From Chlamydiota bacterium (GTDB taxonomy: Bacteria > Chlamydiota > Chlamydiia > Chlamydiales > RGXB01): a stretch of 51,498 nt of DNA. A program made the position numbers and the translations under genes. Position 1 is the stretch's first letter, and every line of letters begins with the position of its first letter. Of the stretch, positions 37,098-47,082 are shown piece by piece. The notes below the pieces were generated by a model. The model saw only the letters and a list, made by a program, of their open reading frames with translations. It made no database searches and was not told the DNA's origin. The DNA lies in contig CANLTW010000010.1 of the NCBI GenBank assembly GCA_947494155.1, forward strand, positions 1 through 51,498, read 5' to 3'.

Positions 37098-38102
37098 TTA
37101 ATTTTTTGTAACTTTTAGTTTCATGTATTTTAGATCACCCTTGGTATACCATATATCAGGGTGGATCAAAATTTTATACTCTTTTAAAAGTGAGGGGATG
37201 ATTGAAAAATTCGATTCGGGGCGAATAAGGCAGTCAAATTGCATCATCGAAAACATGTCCTCAAGGATATTTTGACGGTGGGAATTTCCTTTTGTTCTAT
37301 ACCCCACAGAAAAAGGGGCAGACCGTAAACTTTTTACATGATCCTCGATCAAAAAGGCTAACCTTTCTGGATGGGCATCATCCGTAAAAACATGAAAATA
37401 GATATCCTCAGTTGGACAAAGTTTACAAAAAAGATTTAAGGCGTCTAGGTAAAATTTAAAGGGGGGAAGTTTTCCGGCAAATAAAGGATCTTCCCCAAGA
37501 CCCTCACGATCAAATCCCCCACCCATTCGGCAATGAATCGCAACGGTTAGCTTATCCCTAGGGCACTCTAAAAGCTCTACCGGTTTCTTAGGTTTAAGCA
37601 TCTCTTTAAGAATCGCTCTAAATTTCTCCTCTTTCCAATCGACTGGAAAATAGGGAAAGACAACATTTTCTCGTATTCTGTAAATTTCTCTTTCCCCAAA
37701 AGATTCGGGAAAATAGGGTATGATAAATATTGCGTTTCTTTTTATCAATTTTTTCTGTTTTTCAATCGATGAAATACCAGCTCTTAGAACAATTTTGTCT
37801 GTTTTCTTATCTAGCGAATATCTAGTTTCAACCTCATCAAATGTGAATAAGTCTGAATAGGGAAATGGCTTATATAAAATAGGGATTCCGTTTTTATACG
37901 ATACCCATTTTGCATGTAGATAGCACATAAGATTATCCCCTAATCTTGCTTTAATGTCGTAGTCGTAGGTAACAGCAACTGCATATGTTTCGTCTGCATG
38001 AACTGGTCGATATAAAGTTAATGAAAAAATAGAGTAAAGACAAAGGGTAAATAGATAGCTGGTTTTCATTGGCCTTGAAAAATAGTGTAGGATAAACTTC
38101 AC
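37098..38102 (-). CDS. GT11-like glycosyltransferase, third and more divergent paralog
   Basis: RLGDNL..YLHAKWVSYK, AIHCRMG, FTDD, DCLIRPESNFS. Confidence 0.7.
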   Translation of the reverse strand: MKFILHYFSRPMKTSYLFTLCLYSIFSLTLYRPVHADETYAVAVTYDYDIKARLGDNLMCYLHAKWVSYKNGIPILYKPFPYSDLFTFDEVETRYSLDKKTDKIVLRAGISSIEKQKKLIKRNAIFIIPYFPESFGEREIYRIRENVVFPYFPVDWKEEKFRAILKEMLKPKKPVELLECPRDKLTVAIHCRMGGGFDREGLGEDPLFAGKLPPFKFYLDALNLFCKLCPTEDIYFHVFTDDAHPERLAFLIEDHVKSLRSAPFSVGYRTKGNSHRQNILEDMFSMMQFDCLIRPESNFSIIPSLLKEYKILIHPDIWYTKGDLKYMKLKVTKN

Positions 38103-38225
38103 TTAAAATACTGCGATTGGATTATTTATTGAATATTTTTTTCTTAAATAAAAATGGATTAGATCTGCCGAGCAGGCTTTCCAATCCAAAAAAAAGGGGG
38201 GGGATCCACCTCTTTACGAGACAGT

Positions 38226-39191
38226 TTACTGGGAATAAAACCTGGTTCGGGCGGGTTTTACCACCGGAAAATGGGTAGAAGTGTCAGCGTTAAGCGAAAA
38301 AGAGAAGTCTGTAGCTGTTGAGGAATCGATTTTAAGCTCAAAACTATTTTTAGCACCTACTCCGCTAACTCTCCCTCGCACTCCATCCAACTTTTGTGCT
38401 CCAAAAGCTTTCGGAATGGAAAGCTCTACGTATTGACCAATATGTAGCCCATGGTTAGTAGAGGTTTTTATCTTTGTGGTCGGCCCCATCTCAATCCCAA
38501 CTATAGTTTTGTTTTTCGGAGTCCAAGAGGCCGGAACAAAAAGCTTCTGCACATTTGTTGCGCTAATTGGATTGGGGTAATCTAAAGAATCCAAATCGAT
38601 TTTGAAATTGTTGGCATCCACAACTTTCGCAATTTTAAAATAGAGTCCCCCGATCTGGTTAAACGAGCTGCTATTTGAGAACATAACGATATCCCCCTCC
38701 TCAAAACCATGCGCAAGCACTGTCACTGTAGATTGTCCCCACCCGGCAGGCTGAAAAAAAGGGGAACTTAAAGGTTTTTGTGACGAGAGGTGATAGAAAT
38801 AGAATTTTCGCCTATCGTTTGCTTTTGAACATTTTTTTTGCAACCGACCCGGAGGGCAACTCTGTGTTTTCTTAGAACTCCCTTTCTTCGGCTCTTCGGG
38901 GCAAAGGATGCACCGGTACCAATCGCCACGAATCCGCACCTCGCACAATCTTTTTTGATTGGAATCTACTTGGATGACTCTGAAGTTACTAGGGAGGATG
39001 TCTTCGCAAAAAAGATCTGCAACCTCCTCATGTTGCAAAGCAGAATCTGATAGGGAATCCCCCATTTCGCAATTTGCAAATGTGCTTATTTTTTCTAAAG
39101 AAAAAAACATCTCATATCCAACAGTTGCAAAAGTGTAATTTAACGGGATGAATCCTAGATAAAAGTATTTTAAGAAATAACGCATTTGCAT
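38226..39191 (-). CDS. protein with two tandem E1-FCCH-like beta repeats
   Basis: VLAHGFEEGDIV...QIGG..FKI..VDANNFKI.LDS and TNHGLHIGQYV...QKLDG....V...NSFEL.IDS. Confidence 0.6.
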   Translation of the reverse strand: MQMRYFLKYFYLGFIPLNYTFATVGYEMFFSLEKISTFANCEMGDSLSDSALQHEEVADLFCEDILPSNFRVIQVDSNQKRLCEVRIRGDWYRCILCPEEPKKGSSKKTQSCPPGRLQKKCSKANDRRKFYFYHLSSQKPLSSPFFQPAGWGQSTVTVLAHGFEEGDIVMFSNSSSFNQIGGLYFKIAKVVDANNFKIDLDSLDYPNPISATNVQKLFVPASWTPKNKTIVGIEMGPTTKIKTSTNHGLHIGQYVELSIPKAFGAQKLDGVRGRVSGVGAKNSFELKIDSSTATDFSFSLNADTSTHFPVVKPARTRFYSQ

Positions 39192-39283
39192 AAGTCCAAT
39201 TAACAGCTAATGAATATATCTATATAACATTAGATTGGAAAATAATCGAAATTAATTTTTTTTAATTAATGCAGATATACTTA

Positions 39284-40231
39284 CTAAGGAATTTTGAGAC
39301 AGGAAACAGCGACTTCAATCGAAAGCCGGTCAAACGGGTGTACTTTTAGGAAACCCACTAGAATCGGCCTCATCTTAGGTGGTATTTGGTCACTATGGCT
39401 CAAAAGAATTTGCTGGTATTGACTTTGGATACCTATTTGATGCAATAGGGGGTTTTTTTCCATTTCAAGCAGAAAAGGATCTTTTAGATCTTTCCACATT
39501 TTTTTTGTAAAAAGGCTAAAAAGGAGAACCCCCAAAGAGAATACATCCCGCAGTTTTGGTCTAAAAACTGTCGAGAGCAAATGATCCAGGGGCATATAGG
39601 CCTCACTTCCGCAAACCACCGTAGAGGTTTCTTCCTTTGTTGCGCGACTGAAATTATGGAGGTAAAATTTGAGTATCCCCTCTTTTGTCAAGTCTACCAA
39701 AATATTTTCCGGCTTCAAATCCTGGTGGGCGATATTGATACGGTGGAGACACGCGACTAATTCGATGAGTTTCTCAGCTATATTTTGTTTTGCTTCCTCG
39801 CTTAGCTGCTCTGCGTTTTCTAACATTTGGAAGAGATCGCCGTAATAGGCAAAGGGGACAAGACACCCTTTTTCCAAGGGGGTGGTAAAGCATCGGACCT
39901 TCAGAGCTATCCCCTCTTTTGCCGCCTCTTCGTGGAGCCTTGCAGTTTCTTCATTATGAAGTTCTAAAAGCGGGCTGTTCCTAGTCAAAAGGGCATACTT
40001 TTTCCAAATCCTATCTTTAGATTCTTTGCATACCGCAAAAAGATCGCATTTAGTGGAGGATAATAGGGGGTCAAGATGGCGCATGAAAATTTCTTTCCCT
40101 TTGTCAGTCGGTACCTCTTGCCTCTCAATTTTAAAAACTTTTGATTCCACAGGACCTGTGTAGACTGTAAGCATGTGAGCGAAAGCATCGATTAAATCGT
40201 GGGAAACGGATATCGTCATAGAATTTGCCAA
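39284..40231 (-). CDS. Ser/Thr kinase-like protein, probable pseudokinase
   Basis: HQDLKPENIL, CGSEAYM, DVFSLG retained; DFG replaced by NFS. Confidence 0.8.
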   Translation of the reverse strand: MANSMTISVSHDLIDAFAHMLTVYTGPVESKVFKIERQEVPTDKGKEIFMRHLDPLLSSTKCDLFAVCKESKDRIWKKYALLTRNSPLLELHNEETARLHEEAAKEGIALKVRCFTTPLEKGCLVPFAYYGDLFQMLENAEQLSEEAKQNIAEKLIELVACLHRINIAHQDLKPENILVDLTKEGILKFYLHNFSRATKEETSTVVCGSEAYMPLDHLLSTVFRPKLRDVFSLGVLLFSLFTKKMWKDLKDPFLLEMEKNPLLHQIGIQSQYQQILLSHSDQIPPKMRPILVGFLKVHPFDRLSIEVAVSCLKIP

Positions 40232-40306
40232 AAATCGGGCTATGATAAGTTAGTCGATCTTTAAAAAAAAGTAAAATCGACACTATTCGAGTCTAAGAGA
40301 AATTCC

Positions 40307-41278
40307 CTAAAGGTCGGTTACAGGCCCTTGGTATAAAAGATTCTCTGTTGGGCGTACTACGTACCATTGGCATATATTTAGCTTGCTTTTATGAACATCT
40401 AATTGCGGTCGTATCTTTTTTACCAAGTCATGAGCCACTTGATAACGATGTTGGACATCCCTAAAATTGCCTTCTAATTGTGTCATCGTGTAAGCAACTG
40501 CGATGGCGCCACTTCTCCCATAACCCGCTTTGCAGTGTAAGTAGACATCTTGTTCATTCAAATGATTTTTCACTGCTTCAACACCCTTATCTATTTCTTG
40601 AATACTCACAGCCTGAAAATCTGGTGACGGAAATCTATCAGTGGAATTCTTTACCCCTTCCCGAATTAAAGGCCGATGTGCCTCATAGTCCTCCAACATC
40701 GATACGTACCTGGTATTGGGTCTTTGGGAACAAAAAGCGGGCATACCCCCTAAATAGAGATGGGTTGTTTTAAACTTTTTATGGCCAACTTTCACAATTT
40801 TCTTTTGGATAAGATTGCTCCATTTATTTGAAGGCTTGATACAGCGAATAAGAGATCCAAGAAGGCTCAAATACAAAATAGCACGTTTTGCGACGAGTTT
40901 TATCTTTGAAACCAGTTCGGATTCGAATATCTTAGTAAAGATCCTTTTGGTTAAGGTTTTGGTCTTTTGGACTTTTGCGCCCACTGGACTTTCAACAGAT
41001 TTACTTGAGCTTGCTGCAGATATAACAGAACTCTCAAGAACTTTCCTTGGTTGATTTGATATAAGTATCTTGCATATTTCCAGGACTTTTTTAGTTGAAT
41101 CCTCTGCTGAAAGCTTTTCTCTATCCACTGAAGAAATGCTTGAGTCAGTAGACCATGGAAGCCTATACCCCCGGGCGACAAGGGTATCTAATAATTCTAA
41201 AGATTTTCTTAGATTAACGTACTTGGCCCTATCATAATCAAAAGGCTGGGCTACAAGTTCTGTTTTACATGGATTCAT
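40307..41278 (-). CDS. PTP/dual-specificity phosphatase (PTPMT1-like)
   Basis: CX5R loop VYLHCKAGYGRS; LYLGGMP; PDF acid loop; KIRPQ. Confidence 0.85.
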   Translation of the reverse strand: MNPCKTELVAQPFDYDRAKYVNLRKSLELLDTLVARGYRLPWSTDSSISSVDREKLSAEDSTKKVLEICKILISNQPRKVLESSVISAASSSKSVESPVGAKVQKTKTLTKRIFTKIFESELVSKIKLVAKRAILYLSLLGSLIRCIKPSNKWSNLIQKKIVKVGHKKFKTTHLYLGGMPAFCSQRPNTRYVSMLEDYEAHRPLIREGVKNSTDRFPSPDFQAVSIQEIDKGVEAVKNHLNEQDVYLHCKAGYGRSGAIAVAYTMTQLEGNFRDVQHRYQVAHDLVKKIRPQLDVHKSKLNICQWYVVRPTENLLYQGPVTDL

Positions 41279-41598
41279 AATCTTAAGCCTTTTTTAGTTC
41301 TCAGGGTCATCCCTTACCCTAGTATTATATATAAATATATTTATTTTTTGAACTAAAAAGAATTTTTTATAAACTTTTAGGATCTGAGCCGCTTAATTTC
41401 GGTTTATGCTTTTCTCCATTTATACTTGGCATATACTTAACCCACAGAAAATTAACAAATTAGATTTTCATCACACCAATCAAGCGAAATTTTTAAAAAT
41501 ATTATTAACTATTTTTGGAGGTTTATGCTAAAAAATGATATAATAGTCTTCGTAGCCTTAATAAAAGGCGCAATTTTTCTCAAAAAGAGGGGTAGCAA

Positions 41599-43164
41599 AT
41601 GACATCACCACTAGGTCTTTCACCGTTTTCTTCGCAACAGATTGCACAATTGAATGAGCAACATAGCGCCGAGGTCTCTAGACTTGATTTAACGAAAGAA
41701 AAAATCGAAGCTGTAGCAGAATGGATGATCATAAACGTTAGAGGGGATGGCAGATGCCAAACATGGGCTTTAATTGCAGCAGACCTAGACTTACTCCCCG
41801 AAAAAAATGTACTTAGTCAATCTCAAACTTTTTCTCTAAATTTTCCCGGAGGATACGAAGATATAAGCCGTAGCCCAGATTCCGGCTTGAAAGGTAAAAA
41901 AGACGAATTCGATCAAATGATTCGATCTGCTTTTCAAGAAAGTTTTAAGACAAAAACACCTTTTTTACCACTTTTAAAAGAGCTACCCGAACTAGGTATT
42001 GAGAGTGAGCTCCTTTTGGTTGCAACAATCATTGATCAAATAGGTAACGACGATGATATGGGGGACCCATCTCGTCTTTTTGGTGGAGACATGAGTAAAA
42101 ATGACATAAGTGATTGGCCTGAAAATGTGAAAAAACTTAACCTTGTACGTGGTGATGTTGGAGGAAACAGAGAAAAATTACTAAATTATGCAAAAAAGGT
42201 TTATTCTCAAAACCAAGAATTTCTTAGTTCTTTACTTGAAAGTATTTTAGATGATCAGCCTGGAAATCTTGTTTTTAATTTCGCCGAAAACTATTTACCT
42301 GACTCCAGATACGCATTTACAATTTTAAATATGGAATTCAAGATGGGGATAGCAACTCTTAATTTCAAAGGTTTACTTACATCACAAGAGTCAAGAAAGT
42401 CACAAAGACTAATTAAATCTTTTTTAGCCCTTGCGCAAACTGGTAGTCGCAATAGCGGCCACTACAGTTTAGCGATCCCTGTTACAGAAGCTATAAAAAC
42501 TGTTTATCAACATGGACTTCGTTTTCCTGAAGCGGAATTTTTTACAAAAAATCCAACTGAACTGGTGTGGACCAAACAACAAACAGCTCCAACCTTTGGT
42601 GGTGGGTGTGCAGCCCTCGCTTCTTGTCTAGCCGTACCCAACCCTTATGCTCGTTTGCCTATGACCCAAGACCTTTTTCAAGCTGGTGAGAAAGGGGACG
42701 AAACAGCTCTTCAATCAATTCGAACAGCTGCAATCGAAAAGATCAAAAAACGCGACGGAGATTTTAGCCCGTTAATCTCACTAGAAAAAAATGAGTCATG
42801 TTATGTAGTTACCCTTTTCGATTCAGCAGGTAGGGATACCTGTGTGAGACTCCTACCCCAAGCTCCAACAAAAAAACCCCCTCAAAGCCAACCAACACCC
42901 CTGTTAGTACTCTCTACCGATCTTTCGGAAGAAACTTTCCAAGAGGGGTTAAAGGGAGACGTGCCTTGTATAAACAAGATACGTACAAGTGCTATTAGCG
43001 CGCTTAAAGGAACAACACAATCTTATGAACAAGAGATAATTTTCGAAAAAGATTCTAAGGGTTATGTAGTTACGCTCTGGACTGTAAGACGCGACGAACA
43101 TAAGGTCTGTTTAACACCCTCAGTTAAACAGCCCCCGAAAGGTGGTTCTTGTTCCGTTATGTAA
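41599..43164 (+). CDS. OTU-like cysteine protease (putative deubiquitinase) with duplicated C-terminal module and CaaX (CSVM)
   Basis: VRGDGRCQTWA (C53), SGHYS (H288), two ~55-aa repeats, terminal CSVM*. Confidence 0.72.
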   Translation: MTSPLGLSPFSSQQIAQLNEQHSAEVSRLDLTKEKIEAVAEWMIINVRGDGRCQTWALIAADLDLLPEKNVLSQSQTFSLNFPGGYEDISRSPDSGLKGKKDEFDQMIRSAFQESFKTKTPFLPLLKELPELGIESELLLVATIIDQIGNDDDMGDPSRLFGGDMSKNDISDWPENVKKLNLVRGDVGGNREKLLNYAKKVYSQNQEFLSSLLESILDDQPGNLVFNFAENYLPDSRYAFTILNMEFKMGIATLNFKGLLTSQESRKSQRLIKSFLALAQTGSRNSGHYSLAIPVTEAIKTVYQHGLRFPEAEFFTKNPTELVWTKQQTAPTFGGGCAALASCLAVPNPYARLPMTQDLFQAGEKGDETALQSIRTAAIEKIKKRDGDFSPLISLEKNESCYVVTLFDSAGRDTCVRLLPQAPTKKPPQSQPTPLLVLSTDLSEETFQEGLKGDVPCINKIRTSAISALKGTTQSYEQEIIFEKDSKGYVVTLWTVRRDEHKVCLTPSVKQPPKGGSCSVM

Positions 43165-43554
43165 GGGAATGAGTCCTAGCCGTAAGGGCTTTTTGCATGA
43201 CGGGGCCTTGCCCTGAGAATCATGAAAAAAGCCTTTTTTCGCCCCTTATAGCTTATTGGTTCCCCTCACTTTATCTCAAAGCGAAATCTGTTTTCCAGCA
43301 TGTATTCTTTGTAAACCTGCTTCATCCCCTCCCCCTTTTTTTATGTCTTTGAATCATATGATCGACAACTAAGCCCTTTATAATGAGCTCTATAACGCTA
43401 ACTATTTGTAAATGAACTAGTTAGTGATGTGTCTTCCGATCGAAAAAATGAATTAATTTTTAAAACTTCCCCCTTTTAATTCACAGATGTGATAAAATTA
43501 TAAAGGTGGTTATGAAAGGTTCCCTTTAAAAGGGCCTTTACCCACAACAAGCTT

Positions 43555-43611
43555 GGCTCTATGAAATACGTATCTGACCCCTCTCAGATAACTTCATAGA
43601 GCCTTTTTTTT
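43555..43611 (+). terminator. long hairpin followed by a U-tract
   Basis: ggctctatgaa...tatctga-cccctc-tcagata...ttcatagagcc-tttttttt. Confidence 0.55.
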
Positions 43612-43647
43612 CCCATGATACTACCGGCTAAAAAATTTATAAATAAA

Positions 43648-43676
43648 TTTACTTTTTAAGGTTTTTTTGTTATAAT
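43648..43676 (+). promoter_or_regulatory. sigma70-type promoter with extended -10
   Basis: TTTACT-17 nt-TATAAT with TGn immediately before the -10, upstream of ATG 43705. Confidence 0.5.
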
Positions 43677-43704
43677 TATTTATAGATATGTATATGGTAA
43701 ATTC

Positions 43705-44532
43705 ATGAGTATTAACGGACATCGTTTGGATTATGGATTCAATCCTTCCGATTCGGAACTTTCCTCTGGATCTTCAAGTCCTAATCAGTATCTTTCCTCT
43801 GATTCTTTAAGTACTGTTACTGACGCATCCCAGCATTCTCTTGTGAGTACAGTTGTACACGATCATTTTCGAGGAGAAGCACTTAGGCTTCAACAACAAA
43901 ATGGTGATGCTAAATACTTACGGCAATTGATACAAGACATCAATCATCTAAAAAGCCTAGTGCGTAGTCGTGATAGTACCATCGATTATTTACAAAAGGA
44001 GCTTAAAGAAACGACGGACTATCTTAAGAAGGAACGTATAGATTGTACAAAGTATCATAAGAATTGGTTGGAACTCTATGAAAAAAATTATTCTCTAGTA
44101 CTCGAAGCTGCTAATCAAACCATAGGGAGGAGTGAGCTTCAAAAAAAACTGAAAGATTCACTAGAAATGAACCTGTCTGCAGTATATTGCGTTGAGCAAG
44201 TAGAAAAAGAAAATGCGACGCTAAAAAACCAGTTGAGCTTTTTGAAAAAGAGCGCGGTAATCGGTTTTATTGGTTTGGGTACTATAGCGTTCGTTGCAAC
44301 TCAGCTCAAACAACCCCAGAGTTTTGGGAGAAGCGTTATCCAAATGGCTAAATCTTTTTTATTTGATAGAATGGTTTCTTCTAATCGAGGAGCAATATCG
44401 ATCGCCAAAGAGGCGGCTATTGAGGTTGCACATATGGCTAATAATACAGCTACTGCCATGATCAATTCAGTAGCAGATAGCCTTAAAGGGGTCTCAGAAA
44501 ATCCGGTAACGGGTCCCGATTTTACCCATTAA
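43705..44532 (+). CDS. coiled-coil protein with Ser-rich N-terminus and one TM segment, effector/Inc-like
   Basis: SSGSSSP N-terminus, coiled coil, AVIGFIGLGTIAFVA. Confidence 0.75.
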   Translation: MSINGHRLDYGFNPSDSELSSGSSSPNQYLSSDSLSTVTDASQHSLVSTVVHDHFRGEALRLQQQNGDAKYLRQLIQDINHLKSLVRSRDSTIDYLQKELKETTDYLKKERIDCTKYHKNWLELYEKNYSLVLEAANQTIGRSELQKKLKDSLEMNLSAVYCVEQVEKENATLKNQLSFLKKSAVIGFIGLGTIAFVATQLKQPQSFGRSVIQMAKSFLFDRMVSSNRGAISIAKEAAIEVAHMANNTATAMINSVADSLKGVSENPVTGPDFTH

Positions 44533-44595
44533 TTTTCTTTTCGATCGGAATACCCCTTTTTGCCCTTGATACGCCTATTTCAATGTCTTATCCAT

Positions 44596-45495
44596 TTACC
44601 TCCAATAACGGGGTTTATGGACAGGATCTATAAGAGAGGTAAAGGTTGCAAACCAAATAAATGACATTAAAGTTGTTAAAACCACAATTAATCGCATCTT
44701 TTGTTTGCATCTATCCACCTCTGGATAAAGGCTTCTAATCAAGGGGGCAATCTGATCTCTATTTATAATCCCCATTTGCCTACTGTTCGATCCTTTTAAA
44801 ACTTCTATCGCCACCTCCCTCCCTTTTTTTGTCTCCAAATGCAAAGGCAAATCTGGGTTTTCCAGCAAAAGATTGGGGCAGATTTTTTCAAGGTTTCTTT
44901 TTGTTAAATCTTCGTCAATCAGATTAGGATCTTGTAAGAGACCACAAAGGGCGTGTTGTTCTACGAAACCCACACATTCCTTTGTAAACTTACCTATAGC
45001 AAATTCCAGCAATTTTTCTTTAGGGCTTTGACCTATTGAAACCTGGTGGACAGAACAAGAAATTCTCTCCGATAAACTTGGATCATGACGAAAGTATGCT
45101 AAAAGACCCTTTTGCTCTGCTAAAGCCTTGTCCGCTATTTTTTTAGTAAAATTCAGGTATTTTATCCTGTTGCTACGTAAAATACATGGAGCAAGAGACT
45201 CTTGGACTGCCTTCAATGAAAGTGGGTTAGCTATCGGTTGGAGGCATTTCGAGTAAAAATAGGGCAACGAACTCAGCGGCAATGGTTTAAAAAAGAGTTC
45301 ATTGGGGTCGATAAGCCTTTTGGGTATATTTTTAGTAGGTGTTCCAAAAAATTTAACTAGGGCGTTTTTGGCACCCTGCATAGGATTACTAAGAACCCCA
45401 CCAGTCGCAACAATATTTTGTCTGAATCCTAATCTCACATGAATTCCTTGTCTTAAGAGAGAAATTATAGAATTAAAACAAAATATATGCATCAA
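44596..45495 (-). CDS. hypothetical protein with C-terminal TM (true start may be ATG 45380)
   Basis: Long ORF; LIVVLTTLMSFIWFATF tail. Confidence 0.65.
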   Translation of the reverse strand: MMHIFCFNSIISLLRQGIHVRLGFRQNIVATGGVLSNPMQGAKNALVKFFGTPTKNIPKRLIDPNELFFKPLPLSSLPYFYSKCLQPIANPLSLKAVQESLAPCILRSNRIKYLNFTKKIADKALAEQKGLLAYFRHDPSLSERISCSVHQVSIGQSPKEKLLEFAIGKFTKECVGFVEQHALCGLLQDPNLIDEDLTKRNLEKICPNLLLENPDLPLHLETKKGREVAIEVLKGSNSRQMGIINRDQIAPLIRSLYPEVDRCKQKMRLIVVLTTLMSFIWFATFTSLIDPVHKPRYWR

Positions 45496-45676
45496 ATATA
45501 ATAAATATTTTTTGCAAAATACTCGCCGCTAGGGAGTTAAAAATAAATGTTTTTTTGTTTTTTTTCGCTAAAAAGGCTACCAGCCCTATTTCTAAAACCT
45601 CGCTTGCCGCATAGGCTCAGTCAAATAGAGAGGGGTTTAGTCGATTCTTCATAAAAATGGTACAAAAGGGGAAAAA

Positions 45677-45705
45677 AAACGCCCTAGAGGAGCACCAAGG
45701 CGTTT
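45677..45705 (-). terminator. terminator after tyrP
   Basis: aaacgcc...ggcgttt with an A-run on the + strand (U-tract on -). Confidence 0.5.
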
Positions 45706-45724
45706 GATTGTGAGGTGTATTGAA

Positions 45725-46945
45725 TTAAAAAAACTGGGAAAAAGCTAAAACAATACCTACCGCTGCAATCCCGAGAAGGATAGCGTTGTTAGCGGGCACC
45801 TCATATTTGGTCTCGACTTTTTCGAGTCGTTTTTTCCAGAGCATAAGCGCCGGAAGAACAATCACTAGTATGCAGGTAAATACAGCCGAGTACTGCAATG
45901 CAAGGACAAATCCTTTTGGAACCATGATAACGAACAAAACCGGGGGGATAAAAGTGATCAAAAAAGTCAAAACTTTCCCTTTCACATCTTTTTTCAAATG
46001 GAATCCATCCCGAATGAAATCAAAAAGGCTCAATGCAACTCCTAAAAAAGAGGTTGTCATCGTTACATTCGAAAATCCATTCAACATGAGCGTTGCCCAA
46101 GAAGAGACTCTATCTCCTAAAAATTCGAGCATTAAAGGGAGCGGTTCTTTAGAGCTATTGATCAAAGCAAAGCTATTTTTTCCCACTTGAGGCACTATCC
46201 CCTGAATAAATAAAAACCAGCAGGCATAGATGAAAAAGGGGATAAAAGAGCCTAGAATGATAGCGTTTCGTATAGAGGTGTAGTTCTCTTTGCCCATATA
46301 GTTCACTATCGAGGGGATGATAAATTGGTAAGAAAAACAGGTGGCAAAAATAGGTAAAGATTGCGCCCAATAGTTTCCATAGGTGTTGTATGTCAGAATC
46401 GTTGCGGTATTTACCTCTGGCAAAATAAACAAAAGGCTCAAAAGGATAAATATCCCTTTTGCAGAAAAAAGGAATTTATTCAGCGTGTCCACAAAAAAAG
46501 TACCCAAAGCAACCACGGTGCCAAAAAATGCGGTGATTACAAGGCTAGAGGTTAAGCTCGAGACCGAAAAACCGAGTTTCCCTAAAAGATTGGCAGCAAG
46601 GCTTCCCATCCCCTCAATGTAGGCTGCAAGCACCATGTACAGAAGCATGATAAAACAGATCCAACAGACGATCTTGCCAGGAATTTTAAGAAATTTTTCC
46701 GCCATGGAGCTAAAGCTGTTGCCGTCTTTATGCATTGCCATGTTCACTTCTAAGGTCATCAGTCCGGTGTAGAGCATCAAAATCGCAATAAAAAACATGA
46801 CTAGAAGAGATAAAGCCGAACTTCCTAAGGAGGTGACGAGAGGCAAGGCAAGTATGCCTGCCCCGATAGCAGAGCCCATGATTAAAAATATGGACCCTAT
46901 GAATTTAGCGCGTAACATAGTTTTTTCCAGTAAGTGTTCCTCCAT
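45725..46945 (-). CDS. tyrP: aromatic amino acid permease (HAAAP family)
   Basis: GSAIGAGILALP, GLMTLEV, TTSFLGVALSLFDF; about 11 TM segments. Confidence 0.88.
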   Translation of the reverse strand: MEEHLLEKTMLRAKFIGSIFLIMGSAIGAGILALPLVTSLGSSALSLLVMFFIAILMLYTGLMTLEVNMAMHKDGNSFSSMAEKFLKIPGKIVCWICFIMLLYMVLAAYIEGMGSLAANLLGKLGFSVSSLTSSLVITAFFGTVVALGTFFVDTLNKFLFSAKGIFILLSLLFILPEVNTATILTYNTYGNYWAQSLPIFATCFSYQFIIPSIVNYMGKENYTSIRNAIILGSFIPFFIYACWFLFIQGIVPQVGKNSFALINSSKEPLPLMLEFLGDRVSSWATLMLNGFSNVTMTTSFLGVALSLFDFIRDGFHLKKDVKGKVLTFLITFIPPVLFVIMVPKGFVLALQYSAVFTCILVIVLPALMLWKKRLEKVETKYEVPANNAILLGIAAVGIVLAFSQFF

Positions 46946-47082
46946 GATAGGGAAAGCGGCGATTACAATCCAGAGAGACTATTCGGGAGGAATCGTTTCC
47001 CTTATCCCTCAAACACCCCCTTATTCATCCCCAATTAAGCTTTTCTCTTTACCCATATTTAAAAAAGGGTTACAAAAAAAAT

